A DNA stretch of 64,000 nucleotides from Spirochaetia bacterium. Lineage in GTDB: Bacteria; Spirochaetota; Spirochaetia; SZUA-6; Bin103. The position numbers were made by a program, and so were the translations under genes. Below are positions 20,201 to 28,539 of this stretch, piece after piece (within the stretch, counting starts at the first letter, position 1; each line of letters starts with the position of its first letter). The stretch covers positions 6,048,001 to 6,112,000 of the forward strand of contig CBDBDQ010000005.1 in NCBI GenBank assembly GCA_965203905.1, read 5' to 3'. Below the pieces are notes generated by a model that did not search any database, had not been told where the DNA came from, and saw nothing but the letters and a program-made list of their open reading frames with translations.

Positions 20201-20581
20201 GATCCACCGGGCGTCGCCCCAGTCCGCCGGCGCCAGCAGGCCCATGCTCCAGGTTGCAGCGCTGCTCCACGGCGACGGACGCCCCGTCTTGTCCCACACG
20301 CGCACCTTCCAGTGGCAGCGCGCCCGACTGGCGAGCGGCCTGCCGGCGTACTCCACGTGCAGCGTGGCATCCGAGCGTACTTCGCCGCTGTCCCACAGAT
20401 CGCCGTCATCCGCAGCCAGCTTGTGCGGCGTCGACGCCACCAGCACCCGATAGGCGGTCTGCACCTGCGCGCGCTCCCCGGAACGCACGATCCAACTCAG
20501 CCGCGGCCGCGCCACGTCGATGCCCAACGGATCGACCAGGTACTCGCAGCGCAGTCGTTCGGGCACCAATCCCACACTCAC
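17294..20581 (-). CDS. Alpha-L-rhamnosidase GH78 with an inserted discoidin/F5-8-type domain, ~1095 aa
   Basis: LRCEYLVDPLGID..RPRLSW, FTYHGFRY, PTDCPQRDERMG, ATTIWERWD and MNSLNH; GTG start at 20581. Confidence 0.92.
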   Translation of the reverse strand: MSVGLVPERLRCEYLVDPLGIDVARPRLSWIVRSGERAQVQTAYRVLVASTPHKLAADDGDLWDSGEVRSDATLHVEYAGRPLASRARCHWKVRVWDKTGRPSPWSSAATWSMGLLAPADWGDARWIAHGDRARPAPSAPRYGFLTTLSPSPNTPKSLTVDLGDELEIDAVRLHPAAPRVTQPGEPEYNCVWEPEWSGYLFPVRFTLETARRADLSDRVTVVDRTDADLPNPEREAQDYRFAAVRTRYLRLTVTRLAGRGRANFGFALARLEVLSGSRDVARQASVTAADSVEMGGWSRANLTADPAPPESSAADPWDQPATMVRKEFAVGAAVEHASVSVTGLGLFELRINGGRVGDRLLAPEWTLYGTRLQYQTFDVTDLIRAGANTVGAQLSGGWWTGPIGATWVRRPARCCLLLRLDLELRDGSRQTVVSDSSWRATNDGPIRRAGIYYGEAYDATREMPGWDQPGFASAGWSPVAVLPHPDGAPRTRLVAQCNEPIRVVREVRPVRMTEPAAGVYVYDMGQNMVGWCRLRAKAPAGTLIALRHAETLNEDGTLYTANLRKAAQRDEYRWRGGEAVVEPHFTYHGFRYVELTGLPAAPAEDALVGRVFHSAAPDAGTFACSNDLVNAVMGCVEWGLRGNLMSVPTDCPQRDERMGFLGDFQSFSQAAIFTMDLAGFLTKWVRDIRDSQLQDGRFPVIAPHPREPSWLQWANTEFSPAWSDAGTIVPWRAYLNYADTRLLEQHFESCKRWIEFVRANNPDLIWRNCRGGDQGDWLNGDMTELPDYPRGISAVPKELFATAFFAHSTAIVARMAGVLGRTDDAREHGVLAERIKAAFNREFVAADGRVRGDTQGGYALALHFGLLDEVLRAPATRHLLAAIDRYRGHPSTGIHATHRMLLELTRNGRHEEAWRLLNLRTVPSWGYMVDQNATTIWERWDAFVAGREPWGGHRDPQMNSLNHFGFGSVGEWVWRELAGINPDADHPGYRRFAIRPRPCGGLTWLKASYDSIRGTITSEWKVVDQRNFHLDVQIPANTRATVYLPADNADAVTEGGKPVSEVEAIRSVRMEDGRVALDVGSGKYRFVCQAATATP

Positions 20582-20586
20582 GTCGC

Positions 20587-22815
20587 TTACCCCGGCTCGA
20601 CGCTGATGGCAAACACTCCCTGGATCGACTCTTCGTCCTGGAGTCTCCAGCGTATCCGGCGCAGCAGGCGCGGTCTCTCGAAGCGCTTCTCCCAGAGGTC
20701 GATGCGCAGGATCTCGTAGGAAGGGTGCAGGATCGCCTCGATGGCACCGCGGGTGAACGGTGCGCGGGGATCGGACCTCCACCACCTGCAGATGACGTTG
20801 CCCCGGAGGATGTGCTCGCCATGCCTGAGCGGCTCGGCCACGGTGCCGTCTTCGAACTCGAGCCGGTATTCGGAGGCCGGCTGCCCAAGCGTGCGCGGCG
20901 CAAGTGCCGCTCCGGTGTGCACGGAGAACAGGCCGGAGCCCGGATAGCCGGCGCGGAAGTCGACGTGTCCAAGCACGGCGATCGCCTGCACCCTCCGGTT
21001 GACCGGGATGACGGCCTCCTCCCGTCCGCGGCCGATGAGCAGCGGTGACGCCGGATGTTCCGGGTGCCGTGGCGTGAACTCGATGCCATCGACGAGGAGC
21101 GGCCCCAGGACGGGGGCTCTCACGCCGTGCACCGCTCGCGCCTGCTCGATCTCCCGCTCCAGCGCCGCCTGGTCCCCCGTGATCTGTTCCAGATCCACAC
21201 TCTCCCAGGTCTCCGCCCTCCGCGGCCCGGGCAGCAGGACGCGCGGCTGTCCCGCCTCCCGCACGGGAGGATGATCGGTCTCGAAGCACATCAGTGAAAG
21301 CGCCAGCAGGTCCTGCCTGGGCTTCCCCTCCCGGTCGATCAACCCCTCTATCGTCCAGCCGTCGATGGTTGCCGGTTCCGCGCGCGTGAGTTCCGGGTAG
21401 TCCTGCCAGACCCAGAAGCAGGACCCGGCGACCCGTGCCGAGGGCCCCTCCCGTGCGTGGCGGGCGAACGTCGCGCACAGCTCGGCGAGGGTGCGCGGGT
21501 TGCCCTGCCCCACACGGCCTCCCCACTCGGTGATCACGAGCGGGAGCTCGGGGTACGACTCCATGATCCTCAGGTACGCGTTCGGGTCGCTGTCGTAGCG
21601 GTTGATCCCGTACAGCGAGAGACCGCCGGCCGCGACCATCTCCTTCACCTTGTCGACCGCCCCCGAGCAGTCGGCCATCCCGATCGGCCGGTCGCCGGGA
21701 TCCAGCTCCCGGATCGCGTCCGCGATGCGCCTGGCATACGCCGGGTCGGGATTGCACTCGTTGTAGATGAGCCACGCGAACACGGAGGGGCAGTTGCGGT
21801 CACGGAGCACCGTCCGGCGCATCGATTCGATCGCTGCTGAGGCGATCCGCTCGTCGGAGAGGTCCATGAAGCAGGCGCCGGGCTCCTCGCTCACCAGCAG
21901 GCCGAGGCGGGCGGCGATCCGGGACACCGCGGCGGCCGGCGGCGCATGCACCAGCCGGACGAAGTTGAAACCGGCGTGCTTGATCAGGGCAAGGTCGCGC
22001 TCGACCGCGGCCTGCGGCGGGCTGAACGCGTGGGAAGCCAGGAACTCGTGCCGGCAGACGCCCTTGAGCACCAGGCGCTTGCCGTTCAGGAAGAAGTCCC
22101 TGCCGCGAATCTCGAGGCGGCGGAAGCCGACGGTCTCCGCCGCGACGTCGCCGTCGGCAGCGCCGCCGCGGGCGCTCACGCTCAGCCGATAGAGGTGGGG
22201 GGACTCCGGCGACCACAACCGGGGCTCGTGCACCTCGAACTCGATCGCCTGGCCGGCGCCGGCGGAGGCCCCGGCGACCCGCAGCCCGGTCGCGACGTCC
22301 TCCAGCAACGCCTCGACCGTGGTTCCCGGCGCAGCGCCGTCGAAGGCGACCGCTACGCTGCAGGCCGCCGTGACGAAATCCTGCGACAGCTCGTAGTGGA
22401 ACTGCAGGCTGGAAATGAACGCCGCGGGACGGCGCTCGATGGAGATGCCCCTGATCAGCCCGGCATCCATCCGCCTTCCGGGAGTGAGGCCGAACGGCAC
22501 CGCCGTGTCCCGTACCCGCGCCAGCAGATGATTCGACTGTTTCAGAATGCCGGGAGGAATCTCGAAACGGTAGGGGACCCAGGGGCCGGCACGGCCGACG
22601 GGCTCCCCGTTCAAGCTGAACTCGGCTTCCGCGAGCACTCCCTCGGTGCACAGGAAATGACGCCAGGAGGCGCCATCGTCCGCGGGGTTCCAGCGGAATT
22701 CCCGCTCCAGCGTGCACTCGCCCAGCGGCTCGTAGGAGCCCGGCACCGCGACGGAGTCGATGCACCGGGTACCGACCGAGCGCTGCCACCGCCCGCCGAG
22801 TTGAATCTCAACCAT
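20587..22815 (-). CDS. Glycoside hydrolase family 2 (TIM-barrel), 742 aa
   Basis: LWSPESPHLY, LKGVCRHE, NFVRLVH, RDRNCPSVFAWLIYNE and VITEWG. Confidence 0.9.
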   Translation of the reverse strand: MVEIQLGGRWQRSVGTRCIDSVAVPGSYEPLGECTLEREFRWNPADDGASWRHFLCTEGVLAEAEFSLNGEPVGRAGPWVPYRFEIPPGILKQSNHLLARVRDTAVPFGLTPGRRMDAGLIRGISIERRPAAFISSLQFHYELSQDFVTAACSVAVAFDGAAPGTTVEALLEDVATGLRVAGASAGAGQAIEFEVHEPRLWSPESPHLYRLSVSARGGAADGDVAAETVGFRRLEIRGRDFFLNGKRLVLKGVCRHEFLASHAFSPPQAAVERDLALIKHAGFNFVRLVHAPPAAAVSRIAARLGLLVSEEPGACFMDLSDERIASAAIESMRRTVLRDRNCPSVFAWLIYNECNPDPAYARRIADAIRELDPGDRPIGMADCSGAVDKVKEMVAAGGLSLYGINRYDSDPNAYLRIMESYPELPLVITEWGGRVGQGNPRTLAELCATFARHAREGPSARVAGSCFWVWQDYPELTRAEPATIDGWTIEGLIDREGKPRQDLLALSLMCFETDHPPVREAGQPRVLLPGPRRAETWESVDLEQITGDQAALEREIEQARAVHGVRAPVLGPLLVDGIEFTPRHPEHPASPLLIGRGREEAVIPVNRRVQAIAVLGHVDFRAGYPGSGLFSVHTGAALAPRTLGQPASEYRLEFEDGTVAEPLRHGEHILRGNVICRWWRSDPRAPFTRGAIEAILHPSYEILRIDLWEKRFERPRLLRRIRWRLQDEESIQGVFAISVEPG

Positions 22816-23437
22816 GCGCCCACAGCACCGCTTGAGCGAGCATGCGCAGGAACAGCGGCATCGCAAAATCGGTCTGACTGCCCAGCGAGGTGTAGAATAC
22901 CCGTCCGCCGTGATGCGTTCGCGTCCAGGCCACCGGCTCGACGTGGTCTTCCGAATAGCCGGTCATGAGCAAGAACGTATCGTCGGCGATCGGCGTATTT
23001 CGGTAGAGATGCGAGTCCGATTCGAAGGCCATGATTCCCCGCAGTACTTCGTGGTCCACTGCCTGCTGTTCGATTTCTACCCGGGTTTTCGGTCCGTGGC
23101 CGTAATGATGGTTGTAATTGCCGCCGAGCACTTGCTGGTCGAAATCGAGCCAGTTCTGGTAGGCGTGACTGGCCGTTCGAACGCCCACGATCGGGCGGCC
23201 CTGGTCGCAATACCGTTTGAACCGTTCGAGCTCGGCACCTGATTCGTTGAGTCGCTGGGTATGTACCAGCAGGACGTCTGCATCTTCGACCGCAGCAAGG
23301 CTTGGATGATCGTCCCTGTCCTGGTAACTGATCAGGTACGACTCGACATCGTGATTCTGTTTCAGATAGTCCTTGAAGATCGTCAGTGTTCGGTCCGAGT
23401 CATACTCGAACGAGCCGGAAATCATGACCAGATTCAT
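22808..23437 (-). CDS. ThuA (trehalose-utilisation)-like domain protein
   Basis: VGVRTASHA, LGGNYNHH and EPVAWTR...GGRVFYTSLG; GGAGGA Shine-Dalgarno (SD) sequence. Confidence 0.85.
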   Translation of the reverse strand: MNLVMISGSFEYDSDRTLTIFKDYLKQNHDVESYLISYQDRDDHPSLAAVEDADVLLVHTQRLNESGAELERFKRYCDQGRPIVGVRTASHAYQNWLDFDQQVLGGNYNHHYGHGPKTRVEIEQQAVDHEVLRGIMAFESDSHLYRNTPIADDTFLLMTGYSEDHVEPVAWTRTHHGGRVFYTSLGSQTDFAMPLFLRMLAQAVLWAHG

Positions 23438-23519
23438 TGTGATATCCTCCCTCCCCGGTAGCGGGGCGCCTTCGAGCGGCCTCACGCATCCCCCCGCGAG
23501 CCGCCCGCAGGCAGCGGCT

Positions 23520-24503
23520 TCAGGTTCCCGCGAGCAGAGCCTGGGCGAGAATCGTCTCGCACACCTCCATGGTCTTCACCGTGTCCCGGAACGGCGAGGA
23601 GGTCACCTCCGTGCCGCTCTTCAGCGAATCGATGAATTCCCGGTTCTTGGCACGGAAGCCGCCGAAGACGTAGTTCTGATCGCTGCCCGCGACCTCGAAG
23701 GCGTGGAACTCCTTGCCGTCGTAGTCGCCATCGGCGTAGAGGTACCCCCTGGCCTCGAGGTCCGCCTCCGCGTAGATCGTCGGGGCATGCATCTGCACGC
23801 GGAAGATGCGCCGGCCCGAGGCCCACGAGTTGATCACGTAGCAGCTCGCGCCGTTGTCGAAGCGCAGCGTGACCCCGATCCAGTTGATGTCCGGCACGTC
23901 GATCCGCTTGCAGTGCGACTCCACGGCCGTCACCTCGCCGCCGCAGATCCAGCGCGCGGTATCCACGGCGTGGGTGCAGTCGTCCATCATGTGGTCGCGG
24001 GGACCGAGGACCGGCTCGATGGCGCACTTGTAGAACTCCACCAACGCGTGGATGATCGGCCCCCGCTCCAGGCACGCCTCCCGCAAGTGGCGCAGCAGGG
24101 GGGCCGACCGGCGCTGGTGGCTGACCTGGGTGATGCAGCCGTTCTCCTGCGCCAGGTATGCCAGCGACCGCGCCTGGTGGATCGTGAGCCCCAGCGGCTT
24201 CTCGATGTAGAGGTTCAGCTTCTGCTCCAGGCACCAGCTCCAGATGTCGTACATCAGGTGCGGCTGGCCGATCACGTACACGCCATCCGGTTTCACCTGC
24301 TGCAGCATCTGCCGGTAGTCGTCGAACCGGCGCTCGCGGGAGATGCCGAAGTCGTCCCCGATGGCGTGCAGGAGGTCGGGCACCAGGTCGCAGATCCCGA
24401 CGATCTCCACGTCGTCGAACGATCGCAGCGACGGATGATGCACGGCGCGCGCCATGCCGCCGCAGCCCACGACCGCTACCGAAACCTTGCTCTGGGCACT
24501 CAT
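23520..24503 (-). CDS. Gfo/Idh/MocA family oxidoreductase
   Basis: VAVVGCGG, IEKP and DxxxH; ATGA overlap with the upstream gene. Confidence 0.9.
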   Translation of the reverse strand: MSAQSKVSVAVVGCGGMARAVHHPSLRSFDDVEIVGICDLVPDLLHAIGDDFGISRERRFDDYRQMLQQVKPDGVYVIGQPHLMYDIWSWCLEQKLNLYIEKPLGLTIHQARSLAYLAQENGCITQVSHQRRSAPLLRHLREACLERGPIIHALVEFYKCAIEPVLGPRDHMMDDCTHAVDTARWICGGEVTAVESHCKRIDVPDINWIGVTLRFDNGASCYVINSWASGRRIFRVQMHAPTIYAEADLEARGYLYADGDYDGKEFHAFEVAGSDQNYVFGGFRAKNREFIDSLKSGTEVTSSPFRDTVKTMEVCETILAQALLAGT

Positions 24504-25357
24504 TTGGACCACTCTTCGTACACGAACGGCTCGGAGACACTCTGCTCGGTCATCAGGTAGCTGATGTAGGCCATGTCATAGCGCAGGTTCGGCAGCACGG
24601 CGTTTCCCATATATTGCCCTCCGGTGGCTTCATCCGTGTACTCCGCAACCAGGCACAGGTCCTTGCGGTAGTCGCGTTTGCGGAGTTCCTCCAGCGTCGC
24701 ACGCCAGGAATAGCCCGCATGCTGGGCCGAGGTCCAATAGATTTCCCAGGTGGGCTCGACCTCGTTGACCCCGTTGGTGCGGAGATGCGAGGCGCTCTTC
24801 ATATTGATCAGGCACAGGTGGGACCAAGTGATGTCGATGGCCATCTCCGGCGGCTCGCCGTCCACCGCGCAGTGCCCGGGATCGAGCACCGCGCTCACCA
24901 CCGCGGGGTCGTAGTTCTCGATCAGGTGCATGATGCCGATGGCGCTGCCCACGCACCAGTCGCAGTGGTTCTGCACGCCGATGCTCACCCCGTGCCGCTC
25001 CAGCGCCGGCACCAGGGCGTCGTACCCGGCGCGGACGCGCGCCTCGTTCTCGAAGTAGCTGCCGTGCTCGCGCTGGATGCCGACGCACACCCGGATGACG
25101 TGGCACCCCGCCGCGGCGCAGGCCTCGATGGTGCGCTCGTCCGTGGGCCCGGCGACGCTGCCGATCGCCACCCCCTGGTCGCCCAGGATCCTGGCCGCTT
25201 CCGGCAGGCCCCTGGCGACGTTCTCGGGGGTGACCTGGTAGCCCGGCCGCACCGGCAACTCCACGCCGTCGAACCCAAGCCCCTTCACCAGTTTCCCCAG
25301 GGCTTCGAGACTGAGCTCCGGCCACGGCTTGGAGAACACCGTCAGTCGGTTGTTCAT
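24500..25357 (-). CDS. Sugar phosphate isomerase/epimerase (xylose-isomerase-like TIM barrel)
   Basis: GFDGVELPVRPG, QNH and LDPGH; GAGGAG SD. Confidence 0.85.
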   Translation of the reverse strand: MNNRLTVFSKPWPELSLEALGKLVKGLGFDGVELPVRPGYQVTPENVARGLPEAARILGDQGVAIGSVAGPTDERTIEACAAAGCHVIRVCVGIQREHGSYFENEARVRAGYDALVPALERHGVSIGVQNHCDWCVGSAIGIMHLIENYDPAVVSAVLDPGHCAVDGEPPEMAIDITWSHLCLINMKSASHLRTNGVNEVEPTWEIYWTSAQHAGYSWRATLEELRKRDYRKDLCLVAEYTDEATGGQYMGNAVLPNLRYDMAYISYLMTEQSVSEPFVYEEWSK

Positions 25358-25376
25358 GGCACCACTCCTCAAGGGA

Positions 25377-25431
25377 TCGGTCTAACCGAACCCAATTCCT
25401 GACGATGTTCCTGTCCACCGTTGGCTGTCAA
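25377..25431 (-). promoter_or_regulatory. Probable promoter and operator at the head of the glycan locus
   Basis: Consensus TTGACA (25431-25426) with a weak -10 (CATCGT at 18 nt); palindrome TCGGT-CTA-ACCGA at 25377-25389. Confidence 0.45.
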
Positions 25432-25449
25432 CCAACACGCGAACTGAAC

Positions 25450-26316
25450 TCACGGGTTGCTGGTTCGCTGCGGACTGTGCTCCCACTGCGCCACGACCTG
25501 CTCCCAACTCGGAATCCGGCTCGGGTCCCGCGCGCTGCGGACCGCGTGGCGCATGCCGTGGAACCACAGGTGATCTCCGATCGGAGTGCCCCCCGGGCTG
25601 AAGCGGAAGTCGATCGACCAGCGGACGGTGGCTGCGCCGCCGATAGTGGAGCGATGGAACAGGTGATTGTGAAAGATCACGAAGTCGCCGCGGTCCATGG
25701 ACATGGTGACGGCCTCCCGCCCCGCCGCCGGATCGTGCTGCGGCGTACTGCCGCCCGAGGGGTGGTCGCGGTTGCCATGCTCCTGGATCGGGAGAAGATG
25801 GGTGCCGGGGAGGAACTCCATGGCCCCGTTTGTGCGGTCCACCGGCACCAGCGCCACCCACACCGTGGGCCAGTGGTACTGCTCCGTATCCTTCATGTAG
25901 CCCGAGTCCTGGTGCCACGGAAGACCGGACACTTCCTCCGCCGGCAGCTTGGGGCGAAGCAGCCAGTCGCCGCTGACCTGCACCTCCGGGCCGATCAGCG
26001 ACTCCACCACGTCCACGATCGCCGGATGCGTCCACAGGGCGTAGAGCTCGCGGCCGAACACGCACGCGTGCCAGGTGGTGTGTTCCTCCGGTCCGCCCTG
26101 TTCCTGCCGCAGCCGGTACCAGCGGGTGGTAAACGGTTGGTCGGCAAACAGATCGGTGACTTCTCCCCGTGCGTACATCGCCCGCGCGCGCCGGTCGACC
26201 TCCGCCTCCAGGACCCCGATGAAGGAGTCGAGGACGGCCTGGGGAAGCGCATCCCGTACCACCAGATATCCCTGCGCCGCATAGTTCCTGCACTGTTCCC
26301 CGGTCAGATGAGCCAC
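25450..26316 (-). CDS. Phytanoyl-CoA dioxygenase (PhyH) family 2OG-Fe(II) dioxygenase
   Basis: WHQD, TVWVAL, NGAMEFLPGTH and LFHRS facial-triad motifs; start approximate. Confidence 0.88.
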   Translation of the reverse strand: MAHLTGEQCRNYAAQGYLVVRDALPQAVLDSFIGVLEAEVDRRARAMYARGEVTDLFADQPFTTRWYRLRQEQGGPEEHTTWHACVFGRELYALWTHPAIVDVVESLIGPEVQVSGDWLLRPKLPAEEVSGLPWHQDSGYMKDTEQYHWPTVWVALVPVDRTNGAMEFLPGTHLLPIQEHGNRDHPSGGSTPQHDPAAGREAVTMSMDRGDFVIFHNHLFHRSTIGGAATVRWSIDFRFSPGGTPIGDHLWFHGMRHAVRSARDPSRIPSWEQVVAQWEHSPQRTSNP

Positions 26317-26547
26317 GCGCGTCCACCAACGCAACAGTAGCGCTCCCGATCACCGGCCGCAACCCTCCGGCCGCGATCCGCCGGCCATGCCGACCGTCGA
26401 ACGCCTAGGTAGCTGCTTGAGGCTACAACTACTTGAAGCTAGAAACAAGCGCCGCAACCGAGTATTGCCGGCGTGGTGCTGCCTGCGCCGCTTGCACCGG
26501 CGCCGGGATTGCCGGCAGCATTGCCCATGGGGAGGACGCTAAGGACC

Positions 26548-27321
26548 GTGGCGGACAGGCTCAAGGACAAGGTGGCGCTGGTTACCGGCGCCGGCTCCGG
26601 CATCGGTGCGACGACGGCGACCCTGTTCGCGCGGGAAGGCGCCGCCGTGGCGCTGGCCGACCTGCGGCCGGAACCGGTGCGGGAGCGAGCCGCGGGGATT
26701 TCCGCCGGCGGCGCCGCGGCGTTGGCACTGGCCGGCGACGTGGCGTGCAGCGCGGACGCCGAGCGGCTGGTGGCGGCGACCGTCGAGCGCTTCGGCGGCC
26801 TCGACATCCTGGTCAACTGCGCCGGGGTTACGCCCCGCTACGCGCCCGAGGACTGGGACTTCGAGCAGACCTGGGACTGGGTGCTGAGCGTCAACCTCAA
26901 GGGCACCTACCTGATGTCACGCTACGCCACTGCCGCGATGCGGCGTCGCGGCGGCGGGGCGGTGGTCAACCTGTCGTCGATCTACGGGCTGGTGGGACGG
27001 CCGGCGTTCTTCGGCACCGGGCACGACCCGTACCCGCCCAGCAAGGGGGCGATCGTGACGCTCACCAGGGACATGGCAAACTCCTTCGGCGCCGACGGCA
27101 TCCGCGTCAACGCGCTGTGTCCCGGGTTCATCTACACCCACATGACGCGCACGCTCACCGAGGACCCGGAGTGGCTGCGCCAGATGCTGGCGATGGAACC
27201 GCTGGGACGCCTGGGACAGCCGGAGGAGGTGGCCAAGGCGGCGCTGTTCCTGGCCTCCGACGATGCCTCCTTCATCACCGGCGTGGCGCTCCCGGTCGAC
27301 GGCGGCTACACCTCGCAGTAG
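26548..27321 (+). CDS. SDR family oxidoreductase
   Basis: TGAGSGIG, NCAG, YPPSK and VDGGY; GTG start after AAGGA. Confidence 0.92.
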   Translation: MADRLKDKVALVTGAGSGIGATTATLFAREGAAVALADLRPEPVRERAAGISAGGAAALALAGDVACSADAERLVAATVERFGGLDILVNCAGVTPRYAPEDWDFEQTWDWVLSVNLKGTYLMSRYATAAMRRRGGGAVVNLSSIYGLVGRPAFFGTGHDPYPPSKGAIVTLTRDMANSFGADGIRVNALCPGFIYTHMTRTLTEDPEWLRQMLAMEPLGRLGQPEEVAKAALFLASDDASFITGVALPVDGGYTSQ

Positions 27322-27349
27322 CGGCCGGGAAGCGGCCGGCTGCCGACCG

Positions 27350-28468
27350 CTACAGTCCGGGACCGCGCCCGCTGACCGGCCACAGGTCCACCACCACCTC
27401 GCCGCGGATGCACACCAGCCAGTCGTGCAGGTTCACGGTTGGGTCGCAGTGCGGCGGGATCAGGCGCAGCTTGGCGCCGATTTCCGGCACCCGCTCCGCC
27501 CCGGTTGCGTCCACCTTCGAGTGCTCGTCCGACGCGCCCTGCACGACCAGCCCCTCCCAGCCGCTTCCGGCCGGCGCCGCCACCCGTGGCACGCCGCTCT
27601 CGGCGCTGTACCCCTTGAGGCCGGCGTCCAGGATCACCGCCTCGGGGCGCGGCGCGCTCATCACCTGGCTCCACAGGAACAGGCTGTGCTCGAAGCCGAC
27701 GTCGCAGTCGCCGTAGCCCACGTCCATCACCACGTAGGAGCCGGCCTGGATCTCGGTGAATGCGCCACCCTCGGCGTCGTAGCGGCAGGTGCCGCTGCCG
27801 CTGCCCGATACCGTGGGGCACTCCAGGCCGGCCGCGGCCAGCGCCGCCACGGTCTGGTTCACGATCGCGGCCACCTCCTGCGCCGCCTGCCGGCGCTGCT
27901 CCGGCCGCTCCAGGTGCTGGGCCGATCCGTGGTACGCCTGCAGCCCCTGGAAACGCAGGTTGGGCGCCGCGTCCACCTTCCTGGCCAGCTCCACCGTCGG
28001 CGCACCGGGTTCCACGCCGCAGCGCCCCATGCCCACCTCGATCTCCACCAGCACCGCCAGCTCCACCCCGGCGGCCGTGGCCGCGGCGCTCAGCTCCGCC
28101 ACGTTGCGCGCCTGGTCCACGCACACCCCGATCCGGGCCCGGCGCGCCAGCGCCGCCAGCCGTCGCTGCTTGGCCGGATCCACCACCTGGTTCGACAGCA
28201 GCACGTCGCTCACCCCGCCGTCGACCAGCGCCACCGCCTCGTTCACCTTCTGGCAGCACACGCCGACGGCACCGTGGGCGATCTGCAGCCGCGCCAGGTT
28301 GGGACACTTGTGGCTCTTGGCGTGGGGCCGCGGCACGGCCCGCGTGCCGGCGGTCATCTCCTGCAGCTTGACGATGTTGCGCTCGGCGACGTCCAGGTCC
28401 AACAGCAACGCCGGCGTCTCCACTTCAGCTACGGCGTCGCCGATGCGCGCCGGTGGGTAGCTCATCAC
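27350..28468 (-). CDS. DSD1-family PLP enzyme (D-threonine aldolase / 3-hydroxy-D-aspartate aldolase-like)
   Basis: TPALLLD, RPHAKSHK, EIQAGSY and HCDPTVNLHD. Confidence 0.88.
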   Translation of the reverse strand: MMSYPPARIGDAVAEVETPALLLDLDVAERNIVKLQEMTAGTRAVPRPHAKSHKCPNLARLQIAHGAVGVCCQKVNEAVALVDGGVSDVLLSNQVVDPAKQRRLAALARRARIGVCVDQARNVAELSAAATAAGVELAVLVEIEVGMGRCGVEPGAPTVELARKVDAAPNLRFQGLQAYHGSAQHLERPEQRRQAAQEVAAIVNQTVAALAAAGLECPTVSGSGSGTCRYDAEGGAFTEIQAGSYVVMDVGYGDCDVGFEHSLFLWSQVMSAPRPEAVILDAGLKGYSAESGVPRVAAPAGSGWEGLVVQGASDEHSKVDATGAERVPEIGAKLRLIPPHCDPTVNLHDWLVCIRGEVVVDLWPVSGRGPGL

Positions 28469-28539
28469 AACCCGAGTATAGCAGCCGGCGGCAGTTGGAG
28501 CGCCAACGTGGCCCTGGTGCCCCCTTCGTGTCTATTCCG

